From NCBI GenBank assembly GCA_041657885.1, contig JBBABB010000001.1, positions 65,094 to 129,093 of the forward strand: 64,000 nt of DNA. The letters run 5' to 3'. The notes under the pieces were generated by a model that was not told the DNA's origin, did not search any database, and saw only the letters and a list, made by a program, of their open reading frames with translations. The position numbers were made by a program, and so were the translations under genes. This document shows positions 58,843 to 64,000 of this stretch, piece after piece. This stretch comes from Minisyncoccota bacterium. GTDB taxonomy: Bacteria; Patescibacteriota; Minisyncoccia; Phycocordibacterales; UBA9973. How positions within the stretch are numbered: position 1 is the stretch's first letter; every line of letters begins with the position of its first letter.

Positions 58843-59292
58843 ATGAAAATTGAAAGTGATATTTTTGTAAATAATAGCAGTATTCCTATCGAATATACTT
58901 GTGACGGAAAAGGAATACAACCCCCGCTTAAAATATCTGGTGTGCCAGCAGAAGCAAAAAGTTTAGCGCTTATTGTTGATGACCCTGATGCCCCGAGTGG
59001 AGATTTCGTGCATTGGATAGTTTGGAATATTGACCCTAATATATCTGTTATTGAAAACAGCAATGTTTCCACTGGCGCAGTAGAGGGTTATACAAGTTTA
59101 AATAAGTCGGGCTTCGTTGCCCCTTGCCCTCCGTCTGGCATCCACCATTACAATTTTAAACTTTATGCCCTTGATACTATCCTCTCAATTCCGAAGTCCT
59201 CAAATAAAGCCGACCTTGTTCGGGCTATGGATAAACACATTATTAACAATGCAACCCTTGTCGGTTTATACGAACGGAATAAAACACAATGA
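58843..59292 (+). CDS. YbhB/YbcL (PEBP/RKIP) family protein
   Basis: PEBP signature (DPDAPSG..HW..CPPSGIHHYNFKLYALD). The start is 6 nt after TGTGATATAAT. Confidence 0.75.
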   Translation: MKIESDIFVNNSSIPIEYTCDGKGIQPPLKISGVPAEAKSLALIVDDPDAPSGDFVHWIVWNIDPNISVIENSNVSTGAVEGYTSLNKSGFVAPCPPSGIHHYNFKLYALDTILSIPKSSNKADLVRAMDKHIINNATLVGLYERNKTQ

Positions 59293-59915
59293 ATAAAAAA
59301 GAACTCATTAAAGAACTTGAAGATAGGGGAATCAGAGAAGAAATACTAAAAGTCATAGAAAAAGTTGATAGAAAAGATTTTATTTTGGAGAAAAATTTAA
59401 ATGAAGTTTATGAAGACCACCCTCTTTCCATTGGATACGGGCAAACGATAAGTCAACCATATACTGTAGCTTTCATGTTGCAGGAGCTTGAGCTAAAAAA
59501 GGGTGACAAAGTTTTAGAAATTGGAACGGGTAGTGGATGGAATGCCGCTTTGATTTCCGATATTATCGGAGAAGAAGGAAAAATTTACAGTGTTGAAATT
59601 GTAAAAGAACTTGCTGAAAAGGCGAAAGAAAAATTAAAAAAATATAAAAATATTGTTGTTTTAAATACAGATGCCTCGCATGGGCTTGCCGAATATGCTC
59701 CATATAATAAAATAATTTTAACCGCAGCCCCAAAGAAAATTGCTGAAGAGTTCAAAGAACAACTAGCTGATGAGGGAATTTTACTTGCACCAGTGGGAGA
59801 ACATATCCAAAAACTTATAAAAATAACAAGAGAAAAAAATAATTTTACAGAAACAGAAAATGGAGATTTTGTCTTTGTCCCACTAGTAAGCGGAACAGGG
59901 AACTGTATATATTAA
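59289..59915 (+). CDS. pcm: Protein-L-isoaspartate O-methyltransferase
   Basis: GYGQTISQPYTVAFML and VLEIGTGSGWNAA motifs. Confidence 0.85.
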   Translation: MNKKELIKELEDRGIREEILKVIEKVDRKDFILEKNLNEVYEDHPLSIGYGQTISQPYTVAFMLQELELKKGDKVLEIGTGSGWNAALISDIIGEEGKIYSVEIVKELAEKAKEKLKKYKNIVVLNTDASHGLAEYAPYNKIILTAAPKKIAEEFKEQLADEGILLAPVGEHIQKLIKITREKNNFTETENGDFVFVPLVSGTGNCIY

Positions 59916-59960
59916 ATTTCCACTCCAGACAAAGAGCACCAAAATTAACCTTTATAACAC

Positions 59961-60011
59961 AAGACTTATTTTTTCTACCTTAATAATAGAAGTTCGAATC
60001 TTGTGATATAA
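59961..60011 (+). promoter_or_regulatory. Shared promoter module, copy 4 (aagacttattttttctaccttaataatagaagttcgaatc), running into extended -10 TGTGATATAAT
   Basis: Module match. The ATG of the downstream gene lies 6-10 nt after the -10 box. Confidence 0.45.
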
Positions 60012-60020
60012 TTAAAATGT

Positions 60021-60494
60021 ATGAACAAAAAATTTATTATAGCGATGATTAAGGTTATTACTCTTTGTATTATCATTTTTGCAGTCAGTACTTTTTTTAT
60101 TTATGACGTAAAAATTATTGGCTGGGTTATATTTGCTTTAGGATTATTATGTCTTGTTTCTCTAACTCTTTTTAATATTTTAATAAAAAACGTATGGCCA
60201 GATATTATATTTGGTTTGATTGATAATGGTATTTTAGCTATCTTAGCAGTTATTGGTGGAGCAATAGCGGGTGTAGCTGGTGCAATTATTGGTGGTGTAG
60301 TGGGTAATGCAATTACCGATGGAATTGCTGGTGTCTTTGAAGGCCATATGGCAGAAAGATTAAGAGAAAAGAAAATATCTGAAGAGAGAACGACACTTGG
60401 TTCAGCTATAGGAAAGATGGCTGGTTGCCTTTTAGGAGCTGGAGTAGTATTGATAATAGCAAACTTTATTAACCCTTTATTTATTCTTAGATAA
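60021..60494 (+). CDS. Hypothetical membrane protein with a glycine-zipper segment (GGAIAGVAGAIIGGVVGNAITDGIAGV)
   Basis: Three TM helices plus a Gly-zipper. The start may be the ATG at 60,017. Confidence 0.45.
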   Translation: MNKKFIIAMIKVITLCIIIFAVSTFFIYDVKIIGWVIFALGLLCLVSLTLFNILIKNVWPDIIFGLIDNGILAILAVIGGAIAGVAGAIIGGVVGNAITDGIAGVFEGHMAERLREKKISEERTTLGSAIGKMAGCLLGAGVVLIIANFINPLFILR

Positions 60495-60574
60495 TGTTAT
60501 AATTAGTATTATTAGTTAAACAAAAAATTAGAAGGTTCTCTTTAGTTTTATTTTTAAAGTAGTATAATATAAAT

Positions 60575-60817
60575 ATGAGTAAAAAATATATAATTGTGGG
60601 CTCAGTATTATTAGTTTTGGTTTTGGTCGGAGTGGGTTATTATTATTGGAAAAGCAAGACACAAAAATCGGCCACGGAAGTCGCCGGGGACGTTTCTGTT
60701 GGTGTTTTGCCTGCAATGGATTCAGGTGCAATTAATCCTTTGGAAAGTGCACAGAGCGCGAATCCTTATGATAAAGCCAATCCTTTTTCTAGTATAAAAA
60801 TTAATCCTTTTGAATAA
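60575..60817 (+). CDS. Small membrane-anchored hypothetical protein
   Basis: N-terminal TM helix only. Confidence 0.35.
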   Translation: MSKKYIIVGSVLLVLVLVGVGYYYWKSKTQKSATEVAGDVSVGVLPAMDSGAINPLESAQSANPYDKANPFSSIKINPFE

Positions 60818-62162
60818 TTTTAAAAATATTATGAATAAAAATATATTAAATATATCTATTATAATTATAGGGATTTTAATCTCTGGAGTTATCGCTAGTT
60901 CGTCAATTGTTCAAGCAGAAGTTTCATCTGCTTCAGAAATTTCCTATCCTATTACTGAATTAGGAAATTGTGCGGACAAAGCAACGTGTAAAGTTTATTG
61001 CGACGAACCAGCAAATGTAGATGCTTGTTTGAGTTTTGCTGAAAAGAACAATATGATGTCAGGTGAAGAGGTAACATCAGCTAAAAATTTTAAAAAAGCA
61101 GGAATGATTGGTCCAGGTCAATGTAAAGGTAAAGATGAATGCCAAAAATATTGTAGTGCGCCAGATAATATGGATGAATGCATAACATTTGCTGAAAAAA
61201 ATGGATTAATGTCTAGTGATAAATTGGAAAAGATAAAAGGTCAGGCAAAAAAAGTTAAAGCTGCAATAGCTAAAGGGATAAAGCCACCAGCTTGTTCTAG
61301 TCCAGATGAATGTTCTTCTTACTGTTCAAAGACGGAACACATGGAAGAATGTATCAATTTTTCTATTGAGGCCGGTATTATGGATGAGCAGGAACAGGAA
61401 GATGCGGAGAAAGTTTTATCAGCAATTAAAGAAGGAATTCAACCACCTGCTTGTGCTGGTAAAGATGAATGTGATACTTATTGTTCCGAAACGAAACATA
61501 TGGAGGAATGTTTAACATTTGCGATGAAAGCAGGAATGATGACAGGAGAAGAAAAGGGACAGGCACAAAAAACTATTAATGCCATAAGAAATGGTATTAT
61601 TCCACCTAATTGTAAAGGGGAAGAAGAATGTAAAACTTATTGCGCAGAAGAATCTAATTTGGAAGAATGTATTACGTTTGGAGAAGCGATTGGAAAAATT
61701 AAAAAAGAAGATATTGAAATGATAAGGAATAGTGGTGGTAAAGGTTTTGGTCCTGATGGTCAAAATAATGGAGGTGGTGAAGGACAGGGTGGTCCTGGTA
61801 ATAATGGCGGAGGTGGTGGACAGAGCGGATGGAGTAATGGTACTGGAAATGGTGGTGGAAATGGAGGGCCAGATTCTCTAAATCAAGGCGGTAAAGGTGG
61901 TGGTCAAGGTCCTGGTGGTCAAGGTCCTGGTGGTCAAGGCGGACAAGGAATGGGTGGCCCTAGCGGTCCTAATGGTGGCGGTCCTGGAGGTCAAGGTGGC
62001 CAAGGAGGTCCTGGAAATAATGGCGGGGGTGGGGGACAGAGTGGCTGGAGTAATGGTACTGGAAATGGTGGTGGAAATGGGGGGCCAGGTGGTCAAGGTG
62101 CTGGAGGCCCTAGTGGTGGTGGAGGTGGTGGAGGTTCTGGCGGCGGCGGTGGTGGACGCTAA
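60810..62162 (+). CDS. Secreted repeat protein: six about-45-aa four-Cys modules (C-x3-C-x3-C-x7-EC-x-TFAEKNG) followed by a Gly/Asn/Gln-rich tail containing a 76-bp near-perfect internal DNA repeat (61,795-61,870 vs 62,005-62,080)
   Basis: Signal peptide, six collinear Cys modules, low-complexity tail. The DNA repeat was read directly. Confidence 0.55.
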   Translation: MNNFKNIMNKNILNISIIIIGILISGVIASSSIVQAEVSSASEISYPITELGNCADKATCKVYCDEPANVDACLSFAEKNNMMSGEEVTSAKNFKKAGMIGPGQCKGKDECQKYCSAPDNMDECITFAEKNGLMSSDKLEKIKGQAKKVKAAIAKGIKPPACSSPDECSSYCSKTEHMEECINFSIEAGIMDEQEQEDAEKVLSAIKEGIQPPACAGKDECDTYCSETKHMEECLTFAMKAGMMTGEEKGQAQKTINAIRNGIIPPNCKGEEECKTYCAEESNLEECITFGEAIGKIKKEDIEMIRNSGGKGFGPDGQNNGGGEGQGGPGNNGGGGGQSGWSNGTGNGGGNGGPDSLNQGGKGGGQGPGGQGPGGQGGQGMGGPSGPNGGGPGGQGGQGGPGNNGGGGGQSGWSNGTGNGGGNGGPGGQGAGGPSGGGGGGGSGGGGGGR

Positions 62163-62228
62163 GTAGTAATTAAAACTTTTATATTTAAACTTCTGTTATT
62201 ATAGGATAGATTATTAATTAATTTTTTG

Positions 62229-62270
62229 CCGCCTATGTTACTAACTATGGCGAGCCAAAGTGATATATGA
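62229..62270 (+). promoter_or_regulatory. Conserved leader motif (ccgcctaYgttWMtaactATGGCGAGYCAAAG), copy 1, encoding a 7-codon uORF MASQSDI (62,247-62,270). Its stop overlaps the SPFH gene start (ATGA)
   Basis: 32-nt match to 63,075-63,106 (about 28/32). The uORF was read by hand. Confidence 0.45.
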
Positions 62271-63019
62271 CTCTATACATAATTCTCGCTGTCGTGTTTG
62301 TTATAATTGTTTCTGGTTTGAAAGTTGTAAAGCAATATGAAAGAAGTGTAATATTTTTTCTAGGGAAATGTACAGGGACGAGAGGCCCAGGGCTCATATA
62401 TGTCGTTCCAGTTTTTGAACGTATGGTGAAAGTTACAATGCGTACTGTGACAATGGCTGTGCCTTCTCAGAAAATTATTACTAAAGATAATGTCTCAATA
62501 GATATCGCAGCTGTGGCTTATTATCACGTTGTTGACCCAGAAAAATCAGTTATTGCTATTGAAGATGTTTTTAGTGCTGTAAATCAAATTAGTCAGACAA
62601 CAGTTCGAAACGTAGTTGGACAGTTCAAACTTGACCAGCTTCTTTCTCAAACTGTTGATATAAATATGCAAATTAAAAATGTTATTGATTCTCATACTGA
62701 GCCATGGGGAGCAGAAGTTACTGCTGTTGAAATAAAAGACATTTTTCTTCCAGAAAATATGCAAAGAGCTATGGCGAAAGAAGCTGAAGCCGAAAGGGAA
62801 AGACGTGCAAAGATTGTCGCAGCCGAAGGGGAATTCCAAGCAGCAGAAAAATTAGGCCAAGCAGCAGATTTAATTTCTAAACACCCGGTGGCATTGCAAC
62901 TTCGTACTCTCCAAACGATGGCAGAGATTAGCGTCGAAAAAAATTCCACAATTATTTTCCCAGCTCAATTTATGACGACAGTTGCAGAAGCAGTAAAGAT
63001 GATAAAAGGGGATAGTTAG
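62267..63019 (+). CDS. SPFH/band-7 (stomatin-like) family protein
   Basis: N-terminal TM helix and SPFH core (VVPVFERMVKVTMRTVTM...DNVSIDIAAVAYYHV) with a C-terminal coiled coil. Confidence 0.85.
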   Translation: MTLYIILAVVFVIIVSGLKVVKQYERSVIFFLGKCTGTRGPGLIYVVPVFERMVKVTMRTVTMAVPSQKIITKDNVSIDIAAVAYYHVVDPEKSVIAIEDVFSAVNQISQTTVRNVVGQFKLDQLLSQTVDINMQIKNVIDSHTEPWGAEVTAVEIKDIFLPENMQRAMAKEAEAERERRAKIVAAEGEFQAAEKLGQAADLISKHPVALQLRTLQTMAEISVEKNSTIIFPAQFMTTVAEAVKMIKGDS

Positions 63020-63092
63020 ATAATTTTACAAGTTTAGGGTAGAATAAAAAAGTATTATTAATTAATAAAAAATACCGCCTACGTTTATAACT

Positions 63093-63242
63093 ATGGCGAG
63101 TCAAAGAAATTTTATGGCAAAAAGAGCTACTTCGCTTCATCCACATTTGAAATCAAAGCATTCTCATAAAACAAAAAAACGTCTTGCAGTCAAAAAAGTT
63201 ATGCTTAAGAAAAAAGCAGGGAAGAAAAAAGGTAAAAAATAA
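63093..63242 (+). CDS. Candidate 49-aa highly basic protein (MASQRNFMAKRATSLHPHLKSKHSHKTKKRLAVKKVMLKKKAGKKKGKK), starting within copy 2 of the leader motif
   Basis: ORF read by hand. It is below the ORF-track size cutoff. The real start may be the second ATG at 63,114. Confidence 0.35.
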   Translation: MASQRNFMAKRATSLHPHLKSKHSHKTKKRLAVKKVMLKKKAGKKKGKK

Positions 63243-63413
63243 CTTGACAACAATACCAAAATATTATATACTCTTGATGTAAGTTGTATTCTCATTGGTT
63301 TCGTCGCTATTTAGCGCCTAATATAATGTCTTATCCTTTGTGGTAGTCTTTATGGAAATCAAAGGATAGTTCCAGTCCGTCTTACTTTTATATTTATAGA
63401 TTGGGAAGATATT

Positions 63414-64000
63414 ATGTATAAACAAAATAACCGAAGCACTAGCTCCGGCAGGTCATCTTTTTCTTTTAGTGGTCAAAAAAATAGCTACAGAGGTCATTCA
63501 AATAATCGGTCTCAACCGAAAGGGCGTTTTGGCGGGACATCAATCCATCCATCACGTTTCGTATGCAAAGCTGACCCCATAGTGGAATCTGCTCCGTATG
63601 TTCCAATACACAAATTTGAACAATTTAAAATTAGCGATGCAATAAAAAATAATATTGCGAAGAAGGGTTATGTGACTCCAACTCCAATTCAAGATATTGC
63701 AATCCCTCATGTCCTTTTGGGGCGAGATGTAGTCGGAGTTGCAAATACAGGGACTGGGAAAACGGCAGCGTTTCTTATTCCACTTCTTGATAAAATTGTA
63801 AATAATCCACGCGAAAAAGTTTTAATAATTGTCCCGACTCGAGAATTAGCAATGCAGATTAATGGAGAATTATTTGATTTCAAGGGGAATCTTAGGATTT
63901 TTTCTGTCTGTTGCGTTGGTGGAATGGGAATTTCAAATCAAATTTATGGTTTACGACGACAGCACAATTTTGTGATTGGAACACCTGGGCGTTTGAGAGA
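63414..64000 (+). CDS. DEAD-box RNA helicase, N-terminal part (continues beyond the window)
   Basis: Q-motif region, motif I (ANTGTGKTAAF), motif Ia (PTRELA) and GG motif. It is preceded by a Ser/Arg/Gly-rich N-terminal extension. Confidence 0.85.
   Translation, partial: MYKQNNRSTSSGRSSFSFSGQKNSYRGHSNNRSQPKGRFGGTSIHPSRFVCKADPIVESAPYVPIHKFEQFKISDAIKNNIAKKGYVTPTPIQDIAIPHVLLGRDVVGVANTGTGKTAAFLIPLLDKIVNNPREKVLIIVPTRELAMQINGELFDFKGNLRIFSVCCVGGMGISNQIYGLRRQHNFVIGTPGRLR

Overview
This is a low-GC (about one-third G+C by eye) bacterial window whose features fit a small-genome Patescibacteria/CPR-like organism. Genes are tightly packed and mostly lack Shine-Dalgarno motifs. Many starts sit directly after TGTGnTATAAT-type extended -10 boxes, which suggests leaderless mRNAs. 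The 16S rRNA gene is followed by a terminator, with no 23S or 5S in the window. One tRNA carries a group I intron. Positions 1 to about 39,300 are core housekeeping: iscS fragment, clpB, parB, rel, topA-dprA, serS, ftsQ-like, dus, dnaX, obg, 16S rRNA, rnpB, secA, dnaE, rnhB, pepA, gdhA and tRNA-Tyr/Gln/Lys. From about 39.3 kb to the end the window has accessory character, with many short hypothetical genes in both orientations and at least five dispersed repeat families. This part holds a putative integrative element: a large serine recombinase (50,736..52,364) whose stop overlaps the 3' end of an intron-containing tRNA-Asn, with replication-like and hypothetical cargo. The element also carries a visibly GC-richer three-gene operon: HTH/excisionase-family protein, OLD-family ATPase/TOPRIM nuclease, and an Mrr-like PD-(D/E)xK protein. 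This operon is a candidate novel OLD-type defence pairing. Further right is a RiPP-like cluster: a 26-aa cationic Cys-rich peptide with a canonical SD, a radical SAM/SPASM enzyme, and a SAM methyltransferase. Other notable structures are (i) a conserved GC-rich ~30-nt core found three times, each inside a different perfect AT-rich hairpin, once as an in-frame 78-bp insertion in rnhB, (ii) three extra copies of the tRNA-Lys 3' end (two direct, one inverted) in the 340 nt after that tRNA, (iii) a 16S 3' tail with no recognisable CCUCC anti-SD, and (iv) several candidate micro-ORFs. All calls come from reading the sequence; no database search was run.
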